This document shows positions 28,322 through 36,535 of a stretch of DNA of 64,000 nt, piece after piece. The notes below the pieces were generated by a model, which saw only the letters and a list, made by a program, of their open reading frames with translations, searched no databases and was not told where the DNA came from. The number at the start of each line of letters is the position of its first letter. Within the stretch, counting starts at the first letter, position 1. A program made the position numbers and the translations under genes. Source of the DNA: Halieaceae bacterium (GTDB lineage: Bacteria > Pseudomonadota > Gammaproteobacteria > Pseudomonadales > Halieaceae); the NCBI GenBank assembly GCA_028282105.1, contig JANQIO010000236.1, forward strand, positions 14,571-78,570. Reading direction: 5' to 3'.

Positions 28322-29283
28322 GGCCGGATAAACGTCAGCGCCTCGGTAGCGCTGATGTCCAGCGGTCCATGCACCGGCAGGATTTCACCGTCCAGGTTCA
28401 CCTCGCCTTCCATCCACAGTTGCACGTTGTCGGCATTGTGACTGAAGTAGCCCTGGGCGGGTACCGCGTTGCGGCTGGGCTTGCCGCGGGCGATGCTGGC
28501 GAAGGTGCGGGCGAAGCGGCTGCAGCCCTGTTCCATCAGGGTCAGGCGCAGGGCGCCGGGTCCGGTTCCCCAGAACGGGCGCATTCCAAAGGCCAGCCGC
28601 CCCAGGGTGCTGACTGCCAGGATCAGCGCCTCGTGGTCGGTCCTGGGCTGCCCGTCAAGGCTAAGGCCAATGCGTTGGTCGCCGGTGAACTCCGGCTGTC
28701 CGCGCACTACGCCCCAGACGGTGCGCAGCGTGCCCAGCGCCAGGCTGAAATCATCTCGCAGGCCGCGGGAGTGGATTTCGCGATGCGCGTACTCGGTGCC
28801 CTGGATAACGGCACCGGCGCCCAGGAACATGCCAAAGTGGCGCTGTTCACCGATATCCAGGCGCAGCAGCCGCCGCTGACGAGGCGGCTCCGATAGACCG
28901 CGCTGGCCCCCACACCAATCGCAGAAGCGATTGACCGCGCGCGCCAGTGAGCCGCGCAGGCCAACGTCCCCGGCGTTCATATTGGCGGTGCCGCCCGGCA
29001 GCAATACCACGGCGGGCGGCGTCGCGAAGAACCCACCCTCCAGCATCTGGCCCAGCAGCGCCGAGTTGGTGCCGTCGCCGCCGTTGATGCCCAGCACTTC
29101 GATCCCCAGCTCTGCCAGGGTGCTGAGCGCTGCCGGTATCTCCTCCGCGCTGTGGGTGACGATATGGTGAATCGATGGCGTCGCATCGATGCGCTGGCGG
29201 AACTGCTCGAACTGGTCGCGGTTGTGGCCACTGGCCGGGTTGCTGACCAGGCCCACCGGCGTGTCTGCCGTAAAGCGGGTCAC
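28318..29283 (-). CDS. Diacylglycerol-kinase-fold lipid kinase (YegS/sphingosine/ceramide-kinase-like)
   Basis: 321 aa. N-terminal VSNPASGHN and the catalytic-domain signature GINGGDGT. GTG start overlaps the upstream stop (GTGA). Confidence 0.78.
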   Translation of the reverse strand: MTRFTADTPVGLVSNPASGHNRDQFEQFRQRIDATPSIHHIVTHSAEEIPAALSTLAELGIEVLGINGGDGTNSALLGQMLEGGFFATPPAVVLLPGGTANMNAGDVGLRGSLARAVNRFCDWCGGQRGLSEPPRQRRLLRLDIGEQRHFGMFLGAGAVIQGTEYAHREIHSRGLRDDFSLALGTLRTVWGVVRGQPEFTGDQRIGLSLDGQPRTDHEALILAVSTLGRLAFGMRPFWGTGPGALRLTLMEQGCSRFARTFASIARGKPSRNAVPAQGYFSHNADNVQLWMEGEVNLDGEILPVHGPLDISATEALTFIRP

Positions 29284-30062
29284 GGTGTGGAATCCCGCAA
29301 CTCCACGGACTTCAGGGTCAGCGCCACGTAGCCCAGTCGGGGCGCCTTGCCCCGCACCTGCAGCGGCAGGCCGGTCTCGCGGTCGAAGGCCAGCAGCAGC
29401 TCGCCGGACAGGCCCAGCAAGCTGAAGTCGGGTTTGTCCGCCGCGGGTTGCAGCAGCTCTGCAGTGACCAGCAGCAGGTCTACCTCGCGGTGCCGGGTGC
29501 CAAAGCCGGCGAGCGCTGGATCCACCTCGACGAGATCTTCACCCGCGGCTTTGGCGCTGACCCGGTACAGGTTGAGGTCGGTATTCACCAGGAAGCTCTG
29601 GCTGGCTGCACCGGGCTGGAGCAGGGCAATCAGCAGCAGGGGATCGGTGACCCGCGGCTCGCCTTCCGGGTAGTCGATCCGGCGCTGGCTGGTGAGCTGC
29701 CATTCGCCGCTGGCATCGGGCTCCAGGCGCTCGCGGCTAATCCCGTTCAAACCGTAGCGCCATTGCTTGCGGCGCCGGTCATTGCCCTCGCTGAAGCGCC
29801 GACGCTCCAACAGGCTGCCATCGGGGCGGGCGCTGAGGCTGATGCGCTCACGGTTATTGGCCACGCTGTTGCTGGCTTCCAGGCACCAGGCTGCTGCGGA
29901 CTCCTGACAGGCATCGAGCTCCAGTTGTGATCGCGCCGTGGCCCAGAAAGCTTTTTCTTCAAACACCAGGGAGCGCCAGGCCGGCAGCGGTGATTCGGTC
30001 GTCGGTTCGGCGCCGGCCAGCAACGGCAGGCCGAGCAGGATAGTCAGCGCCAGCGGTTTCAT
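29280..30062 (-). CDS. Secreted hypothetical protein
   Basis: ORF track extends to 30155; trimmed to the ATG at 30062 (MKPLALTILLGLPLLAGAEP, a signal peptide). ATGA overlap with the upstream O-antigen-ligase-like gene. No family recognised. Confidence 0.55.
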   Translation of the reverse strand: MKPLALTILLGLPLLAGAEPTTESPLPAWRSLVFEEKAFWATARSQLELDACQESAAAWCLEASNSVANNRERISLSARPDGSLLERRRFSEGNDRRRKQWRYGLNGISRERLEPDASGEWQLTSQRRIDYPEGEPRVTDPLLLIALLQPGAASQSFLVNTDLNLYRVSAKAAGEDLVEVDPALAGFGTRHREVDLLLVTAELLQPAADKPDFSLLGLSGELLLAFDRETGLPLQVRGKAPRLGYVALTLKSVELRDSTP

Positions 30063-31228
30063 TCGACGCTCCCAGCCTGGAAAGGCAGCCTGTGCCCATG
30101 CCGGTGCGGATAGGCTGCGGCCACCAGGGCGACCGGCAGCCACAGGTACAGCCACATCTCCTTGGGGTGCACGAACAGGCGATCGAAATCCATGAATATG
30201 CAGGTCATACCGTATAAGAGTAGCGCGAGGTAGAGTCGTTCCCCACGGCTTCTGAGCAGTCCCACGGCCTGCACCAGTGCCGTACCGAGCAGCACCAGCA
30301 GCAGTATCAGCCCTACCAGACCGCCATCCCGCAGGGTGGCCAGGTAGCTATTGTGAGCGTGGTTGAATACCCGGTCGTAGGCGCTGACGTGGGGGTCCGC
30401 CAGGTAGCCGTGGCCCAGCAGCCAGTGGCCCGGCATATCCGCCACCACCTGCTGCCAGATGCCGGGCCGGAAGGAAAAACTCAGCACCCGGCTTGCCCAC
30501 TCGCCCGGGTTGCTGGCCAGCAGCCCCAGGCTGACCACGCCGGCGGCCAGCGCCGGCAGCAGCGCCCGCCAGCCCAGCAGGACCAGCAAACCCATGCACA
30601 CACCTGCCAGGGCGGTGCGGGACTGGGTCAGCAGCACTAGGGCACCCAGCACCAGGGCCAGGCCGGCGTAGGCCCAGCGGCGCGGCCGGTCATCGATGGC
30701 CAGTTGCACGCTCAGTACCAGGAACAGGCCATAGGCAGCACCGGCCTTGTTCTGGTGATGCATGACACCCAGAGGCTCCAGTCGAGCGCTGGGGAAAGGA
30801 TGCTGGGCATACCAGCTGACAATCGAGACCAGGGCTGCAGCGGCTGCCAGCCAGGGCAGCCAGCGGCCATAGCTGTCAATCTGTTCGGCGTTGTTGATCC
30901 ACAGGTAGCCGGTAATCGCCACGAAGGACAGCAAGTTGAGGCTCAGCCACAGCTGCCAGCCGGCGGCGGCGACGCTGAAGTTTGTCGACCAGGCCAGAGT
31001 CAGCATCATCCATCCGGCGTAGGCCAGCACCAGGGCCAGCAACTGATTGCCCCGGTAGAAACGGTAAAGCTCGCGCCACAGCAGCACCACGGCGGGAAAC
31101 ACCAGCAGGTAGTAGAGGCGTCGGTGCCCCGATGCCATGGGCAGGAGAAAATAGCCGGCAATGAACAGGCTGTACAGGTACAGCATGCCGCGCTCGAGCA
31201 GGAATCCTCGAATTTGCCTGATTTCCAT
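30059..31228 (-). CDS. O-antigen ligase/polymerase-family (Wzy_C-type) polytopic membrane protein
   Basis: ORF track extends to 31639, antisense into the next gene; trimmed to the ATG at 31228 (MEIRQIRGF). About 10 TM segments. Blocks LTQSRTALAG and GHGYL....HAHNSYLATLRDGGLVGL are typical of WaaL/Wzy_C. Confidence 0.72.
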   Translation of the reverse strand: MEIRQIRGFLLERGMLYLYSLFIAGYFLLPMASGHRRLYYLLVFPAVVLLWRELYRFYRGNQLLALVLAYAGWMMLTLAWSTNFSVAAAGWQLWLSLNLLSFVAITGYLWINNAEQIDSYGRWLPWLAAAAALVSIVSWYAQHPFPSARLEPLGVMHHQNKAGAAYGLFLVLSVQLAIDDRPRRWAYAGLALVLGALVLLTQSRTALAGVCMGLLVLLGWRALLPALAAGVVSLGLLASNPGEWASRVLSFSFRPGIWQQVVADMPGHWLLGHGYLADPHVSAYDRVFNHAHNSYLATLRDGGLVGLILLLVLLGTALVQAVGLLRSRGERLYLALLLYGMTCIFMDFDRLFVHPKEMWLYLWLPVALVAAAYPHRHGHRLPFQAGSVE

Positions 31229-31345
31229 TGAGATCAATAACTTGGGGCCGGCGAAAGGCGGCAAAAATACCACAGAATCTTGTGCATGGACCACGCATCC
31301 TTTACCCTGCGCGTTTTTTAACCTGCCCGGTTCCGGGGACATTAC

Positions 31346-32290
31346 ATGCACGCTGTTATCAAGCGACTGATTAAGTGGCTGGTCCGCGCGATCAAGAAAT
31401 TCCTGCCCGAAGAACAGGGCCACAAGCTGGAGCGCTGGCGCCGCGGTCGCGAGGAATTCTGGAAATACAGGCAATGTGATTACATCTTTGCCTCCTATGG
31501 CAAAAGCGGCCGCACCTGGGTGCGGGTGATGATCTCCCGCTATTACCAACTGGTCTACAAACTGCCCGACAACATCCTGATGGGCTTCGACAACTACCAG
31601 CGCCTGAACCGCGATATACCGAAGATATTCTTCACTCACGACAACTACCTGCGACAGTTCACCGGCAACATGGACTCGAAACAGGACTTCTACGATAAGA
31701 AGACGGTGCTATTGGTCCGTGACCCACGCGATGTGGCGGTGTCGCAGTTCTTCCAGTGGAAGTTCCGCATGCGGCCCGACAAGAAGTCCATGAACAACTA
31801 CCCGGAGCACGAAGCTGACATCTCCGTCTACGACTTCGTGAAGCACCAGGGGCAGGGCCTCAACCACATCATAGATTTTATGAACGCCTGGGCCACTGAG
31901 CTGGATAAGATCGAGAACCTGCTGATTGTGCGCTACGAAGACCTGCGTGCCGACGCCGCCACCGAGATGGCGCGGGTGGTGGATTTCCTGGGCATGGAGC
32001 CCAATCGCGAATACCTGGAAGACATGGCGGAGTTCGCCTCGGTGGAAAACCTGCGCAAAAAGGAACAGGAAAACTACTTCTGGCGCAGCGGCTCCCGGGT
32101 GCAGGCCAAGGACGTCAACGACCCCAATACCTACAAGGTGCGCAAAGCCAAGGTCGGGGGCTTCCGGGACTACTTTGACGATGATCAAGTGGCAGAACTA
32201 AGCGCCATGGTAGATTCGCGCCTGCTCCCGGTGTTCGGCTATACCAGCGCCGAACAGCAGGGGACGGCGGCACAAGCGAGCGAATCCTGA
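31346..32290 (+). CDS. PAPS-dependent sulfotransferase, paralog 4
   Basis: 314 aa. 5'-PSB loop YGKSGRTW, block LLVRDPRDVAVSQFFQWKF, and C-terminal RKAKVGGFRDYF. Confidence 0.85.
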   Translation: MHAVIKRLIKWLVRAIKKFLPEEQGHKLERWRRGREEFWKYRQCDYIFASYGKSGRTWVRVMISRYYQLVYKLPDNILMGFDNYQRLNRDIPKIFFTHDNYLRQFTGNMDSKQDFYDKKTVLLVRDPRDVAVSQFFQWKFRMRPDKKSMNNYPEHEADISVYDFVKHQGQGLNHIIDFMNAWATELDKIENLLIVRYEDLRADAATEMARVVDFLGMEPNREYLEDMAEFASVENLRKKEQENYFWRSGSRVQAKDVNDPNTYKVRKAKVGGFRDYFDDDQVAELSAMVDSRLLPVFGYTSAEQQGTAAQASES

Positions 32291-32291
32291 C

Positions 32292-33212
32292 ATGGAAAAA
32301 TGCGTCTTTATACACACCAATGAACGGCAGTGGCTGGGTGCGCTGGTGGCGGAGTATTCCTTCAAACGCAACTCACGCAATCCCGACGCGTTTGACGTTC
32401 GTTTCATCCATACCCGCGACCATGCCTTCCTCGCGGAGAAGGAAGGCAAGACCTTCCTGCGCGGCGGCACCACCCGCGAATGGCGCATGGACGACCTGCA
32501 GTCCTTTACACCGCTGCGCTTTCTACCGCCCAAGCTGATGAGTTTCGGCGGCCGCGCCGTGGTCACCGACCCGGATGTGTTCGCTGTGGGCGACATCAAC
32601 GAGCTGCTGGACCGTGATATGCAGGGCAAGGCCGTACTCGGACGCCACCGCTCTGCGAAAGAGGGCAAGGCTTACCAGGTGGCCACCAGCGTCATGCTGA
32701 TGGACTGCGCGAAGCTCTCGCACTGGGATGTGGAAGCCGACTTCGACGCCCTGTTCCGCTACGAGAAAGACTACAAGGAATGGATGGTGTTGGCCTACGA
32801 GGACCCTGAGAACATCGGTTACCTCGAAGACTGCTGGAACGACTTCGACCACCTGGGCGCTGAGACCCGCTTGCTGCACAACACCAAGCGCCGTACCCAG
32901 CCCTGGAAGACGGGCCTGCCGGTGGACTATACGCCGGCGGACAAATTCAAGGACAAGCCCCTGCTGGCTTCTCTCAACCGACTGCGGGCTCGACTGTTTG
33001 GCGAATACGGCCTGCTGGGCCACTACCACCCGCACCCGGATAGTCACCAGGAGGCCTTTTTCTTCGGTCTGCTCAAGGAATGCCTTGAGCACGGCCATGT
33101 TAGCGAAGCCCTGGTGCGAGACGAAATGGCGAAGAACCACGTGCGCCACGACGCCTTCGAGGTGCTGGAGCGCACCCCGCCGCTGACGGAGCAGCCTGCT
33201 CTGGCAGCCTGA
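32292..33212 (+). CDS. Uncharacterised GT-A-like putative glycosyltransferase, paralog C
   Basis: 306 aa. The ATG lies 1 nt after the sulfotransferase 4 stop. Blocks FIHTNERQ, LQSFTPLRF, GRAVVTDPDVFA, CWNDFD and HPDSHQEAFFFGLLKEC. Confidence 0.5.
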   Translation: MEKCVFIHTNERQWLGALVAEYSFKRNSRNPDAFDVRFIHTRDHAFLAEKEGKTFLRGGTTREWRMDDLQSFTPLRFLPPKLMSFGGRAVVTDPDVFAVGDINELLDRDMQGKAVLGRHRSAKEGKAYQVATSVMLMDCAKLSHWDVEADFDALFRYEKDYKEWMVLAYEDPENIGYLEDCWNDFDHLGAETRLLHNTKRRTQPWKTGLPVDYTPADKFKDKPLLASLNRLRARLFGEYGLLGHYHPHPDSHQEAFFFGLLKECLEHGHVSEALVRDEMAKNHVRHDAFEVLERTPPLTEQPALAA

Positions 33213-33244
33213 GCCGCCCGGGCAGTCGACGAGGACTAGCTGTA

Positions 33245-33961
33245 ATGAAATACCTGGATATTGAGAAACTCCGCGCGCTGGGCCGTGAGGAGTTCATGGC
33301 CACCAGGCCCTACCCGTTCTTCAACACCGAGGGCATGCTCACCGAGCAGGGCTTCCAGGATCTGCTGCACAACATGCCGCCGCTGGAGTCCTTCGGCGAG
33401 ATCTTCGGCAAGGAGCGCCGCGCCGGCCAGGCCCCCCATGATCGCTACTCGCTGGAGTACACCCCGGACACCGAGGTGCCCCTGCCCTGGAAAGAGTTTA
33501 TCGGCGAGCTGTGCAGCGATGACTACCGCCGGGAGATTGAGCGCCTGCTGGGCGCGAAGAAGGCGGAATTCCGCTTTCACTGGCACTACACGCCGACGGG
33601 GCGCGACGTCTCACCCCACTGCGATGCCCGCCGCGAGCATGGCTCACACCTGTTCTACTTCAACTCGGAAGAGGACTGGAAACCGGAGTGGGGTGGATCC
33701 ACTCTGGTGTTGGATGATGGTGGGCGCCTCAGCTATGACTCGGCGCCGGCCCTGGAAGAGTTCGATTCGGTGCACGAGATGGATTCCATCGGCAACTACA
33801 GCGCCCTGATGTTGCGCACCGATCACGCCTGGCACGCAGTTCGGCCCATCAACTGCCCGGAAGACCGGCTGCGGCGCATCTTCATCGTGGTCGTCAATCC
33901 CGACAAGCTGTTCTGGAAGGTGCGTGACCGCATCATCGGCAAGCAGATCCAGCGCTTCTGA
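33245..33961 (+). CDS. Small 2OG-Fe(II) oxygenase-superfamily protein, paralog B
   Basis: 238 aa. Blocks VSPHCDARREHGSHLFYFN and DHAWHAV (HxD...H candidates). Same general layout as 18466..19092. Confidence 0.6.
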   Translation: MKYLDIEKLRALGREEFMATRPYPFFNTEGMLTEQGFQDLLHNMPPLESFGEIFGKERRAGQAPHDRYSLEYTPDTEVPLPWKEFIGELCSDDYRREIERLLGAKKAEFRFHWHYTPTGRDVSPHCDARREHGSHLFYFNSEEDWKPEWGGSTLVLDDGGRLSYDSAPALEEFDSVHEMDSIGNYSALMLRTDHAWHAVRPINCPEDRLRRIFIVVVNPDKLFWKVRDRIIGKQIQRF

Positions 33962-33966
33962 GCGGC

Positions 33967-34677
33967 TTGCCTGAACAGCTTGGGCCTGGCTCGGCCCACC
34001 TCTGGCTGTGCTCCCTGGAGGCGGCATCCGCCCTTGACGCCTCGGTGCTGAGCGCCGAGGAGGCTGCGCGTCGCCCCGAGGCCGCCCTGGGCCGTGTCTG
34101 GCAGCGTCACCTGCTCTCGCACTACGCCGCCACATCCCCTGCCGACTGGCAGTTTGAGACTGGCCGCCACGGCAAACCCCGGCTGACGCCCGTGCAGCCG
34201 CTGGAATTCAATCTCAGCCATTCCGGCGACTGGTTGGTGATGGTAGTGGCTGAGGGAGTACCGGTGGGGGTCGACATCCAGCAGTGGGACTCCCAGCGCC
34301 GGCTAGACCGGCTGGCCCGACGGTATTTTTCGGGCCCGGAAGTCGAGCTGTTGTCCAGCCTGGACGGGGATGCGCAGTTGCGGCACTTCTATCGGCTCTG
34401 GACCCTCAAGGAGGCGTGGACCAAGGCCCATGGCGGTGCCCTGCCTACCGCGCTGGGTGAGGTCGGCTATCGGCTGGAGGGGGAGGCTCTTGTCTGCCTG
34501 GCGCCGGGTGCTGGCGAGCACAGCAGCCAGTGGTTGGCCGAACTGGACGGTTACAGCCTGGCGTTTTGCGGCCTGCAGCGGGGCATCGCGCTGCAGTCCA
34601 GGGAATGGTTGTCGCCTGCCCGTTTCAGGCCCTGCGAGTTGGCTGCCGTGGCCGGCGACGGCTTGCGGCAGGGGTGA
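33967..34677 (+). CDS. 4'-phosphopantetheinyl transferase (Sfp/EntD type)
   Basis: 236 aa from a TTG start in the ORF track. Blocks FNLSHSGDW, GVDIQ and WTLKEAWTKAHG are the classical PPTase motifs. Confidence 0.8.
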   Translation: MPEQLGPGSAHLWLCSLEAASALDASVLSAEEAARRPEAALGRVWQRHLLSHYAATSPADWQFETGRHGKPRLTPVQPLEFNLSHSGDWLVMVVAEGVPVGVDIQQWDSQRRLDRLARRYFSGPEVELLSSLDGDAQLRHFYRLWTLKEAWTKAHGGALPTALGEVGYRLEGEALVCLAPGAGEHSSQWLAELDGYSLAFCGLQRGIALQSREWLSPARFRPCELAAVAGDGLRQG

Positions 34678-34730
34678 GCCAGGGTTGGCGTAAGCTCGTG
34701 AATTACTGAGAAAAACTCCCTGGCCTGGGC

Positions 34731-34759
34731 TTGAAATGGATAGGGGCGGACTGTAGAAT
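34731..34759 (+). promoter_or_regulatory. Candidate sigma70 promoter of rplM-rpsI
   Basis: TTGAAA (34731-34736), a 17-bp spacer, then TAGAAT (34754-34759), about 50 nt upstream of the rplM ATG. Followed by the palindrome ggaggcctcc. Pattern match only. Confidence 0.35.
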
Positions 34760-34807
34760 TCGCGCTCTCGAAAATGGAGGCCTCCTGGAGGCTAAGTAGA
34801 AAGCAGA

Positions 34808-35236
34808 ATGAAGACTTACAGCGCAAAAGCAGAAGACGTGCAGCGCGACTGGTTCGTAGTCGATGCCTCGGAAAAGACCCTGGGCCGCCTCGCCAGCGAA
34901 ATCGCGCACCGCCTGCGCGGCAAGCACAAGGCTGAATACACCCCCCACGTTGACACCGGCGACTACATCGTCGTGATCAACGCTGAGAAGATCAAGGTCA
35001 CTGGCGCCAAGGCCACTGACAAAATGTACCACCACCACACCGGTTACCCGGGTGGCCTGAAGAGCATGTCTTTCGAGAAGCTGATCGACAAGGCGCCGGA
35101 GCGTGTGCTCCAGGGCGCCGTCAAGGGCATGTTGCCGCGCAACCCGCTGGGTCGCGCGATGTTCAAGAAACTGAAAGTCTACGCTGGCGCCGAGCACCCC
35201 CATACGGCTCAGCAGCCCCAGCCCCTGAATATCTAA
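34808..35236 (+). CDS. rplM: 50S ribosomal protein L13
   Basis: 142 aa. [20 protein letters not shown]... is the canonical L13 N-terminus. Confidence 0.97.
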   Translation: MKTYSAKAEDVQRDWFVVDASEKTLGRLASEIAHRLRGKHKAEYTPHVDTGDYIVVINAEKIKVTGAKATDKMYHHHTGYPGGLKSMSFEKLIDKAPERVLQGAVKGMLPRNPLGRAMFKKLKVYAGAEHPHTAQQPQPLNI

Positions 35237-35245
35237 GGTCTATTT

Positions 35246-35638
35246 ATGTCAGCGACTCAATACTACGGCACCGGCCGCCGCAAGACTTCCACGGCACGGG
35301 TGTTCCTGAAGAGCGGCGGTGGCAGCATCACCGTGAACAGCAAGCCCCTGGACCAGTACTTCGGCCGTGAAGTGGCGCGCATGATCGTGCGCCAGCCACT
35401 GCAGCTCACCGAAACCGAAGACAAGTTCGATATCAATGTGACGGTAGCCGGTGGCGGCAGCTTCGGCCAGGCCGGTGCTATTCGCCACGGCATCACCCGC
35501 GCGCTGATGGAGTACGATGACTCCCTGCGTGGCACCCTGCGTGGCGCCGGGTTCGTGACCCGCGATGCCCGTGCGGTGGAGCGCAAGAAGGTCGGCCTGC
35601 GCAAGGCCCGCAAGCGTCCGCAGTTCTCCAAGCGTTAA
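35246..35638 (+). CDS. rpsI: 30S ribosomal protein S9
   Basis: 130 aa. [19 protein letters not shown] and the C-terminal [12 protein letters not shown]. Confidence 0.97.
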   Translation: MSATQYYGTGRRKTSTARVFLKSGGGSITVNSKPLDQYFGREVARMIVRQPLQLTETEDKFDINVTVAGGGSFGQAGAIRHGITRALMEYDDSLRGTLRGAGFVTRDARAVERKKVGLRKARKRPQFSKR

Positions 35639-35667
35639 ACGCGACGCTGCTACAGCTTGTTACTCCG

Positions 35668-35704
35668 AAAATGCCCGGGCCGTTCGCGGTTCGGGCATTT
35701 TTTC
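35668..35704 (+). terminator. Rho-independent terminator after rpsI
   Basis: A 10-bp stem aaaatgcccg / cgggcatttt flanks a 14-nt loop and is followed by a T-run. Confidence 0.7.
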
Positions 35705-35938
35705 TGTCCGCGTCTTGCACAAGAAATCCCAGAAAATACCGGCACTTAGGTGCTTTTCCTTGTCAGAGCAGGGCAAAGTCATTACCATTTGCAGCGGTTT
35801 AATTTCGTCCCCCCTCACGCCTCCGGGAAATCCAGGCTTCGTCTTGGGAAGGTTGTTGAAAAATGGCCTCCCGCAAGTCCTTGGCAAAACCCCCGCCGTA
35901 TAAGGACATGTGCGTGAATGCAGCTACGGGAGTGCTAC

Positions 35939-36535
35939 ATGAGCAGTGATACTGTGAACACCGGCCGCCGCCGGTTCCTGACCACCGCCACCAGCGCGGT
36001 GGGCGTGGCTGGCGTTGTCGGTATAGCGGTGCCCTTCGTCGGTTCCTGGAATCCCAGCGCCAAGGCCGAAGCGGCCGGTGCGCCGGTCAAGTTCGACATC
36101 AGCAAGATTGAAGAAGGCCAGATGACCGTCGTCGAATGGCGCGGCAAGCCGGTGTACGTTTTGCGCAGGACCGAGGAGCAGGTGGCCAGCCTGGCCCAGC
36201 TCGATGACAGCCTCAAGGACCCACAGTCTGAAATCTCTGATCAACCCGCTTATATCGAGGGCGAAGCGCGCTCCATCAAGCCGGAGATCATGGTGTTTGT
36301 CGGTCTCTGCACACACCTCGGCTGTGCACCGAAGTTCCGTCCCGAGGTGGGCGCTGCCGACCTCGGCGGCGATGAGTGGCTCGGTGGTTTCTTCTGCCCT
36401 TGTCACGGCTCCAAGTTCGACCTCGCAGGTCGTGTCTATTCCGGCGTGCCGGCCTCAACCAACCTGGTGGTTCCGCCGTATTCCTTTGAGGATGACATCA
36501 CGCTGGTGATTGGTGTCGATGAGGAGGCTGCATAA
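35939..36535 (+). CDS. petA: Ubiquinol-cytochrome c reductase Rieske iron-sulfur subunit
   Basis: ORF track starts at 35918. The ATG at 35939 is preferred (gggag lies 7 nt upstream; MSSDTVNTGRRRFL is a Tat signal). Rieske boxes CTHLGC and CPCHGS. Confidence 0.93.
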   Translation: MSSDTVNTGRRRFLTTATSAVGVAGVVGIAVPFVGSWNPSAKAEAAGAPVKFDISKIEEGQMTVVEWRGKPVYVLRRTEEQVASLAQLDDSLKDPQSEISDQPAYIEGEARSIKPEIMVFVGLCTHLGCAPKFRPEVGAADLGGDEWLGGFFCPCHGSKFDLAGRVYSGVPASTNLVVPPYSFEDDITLVIGVDEEAA

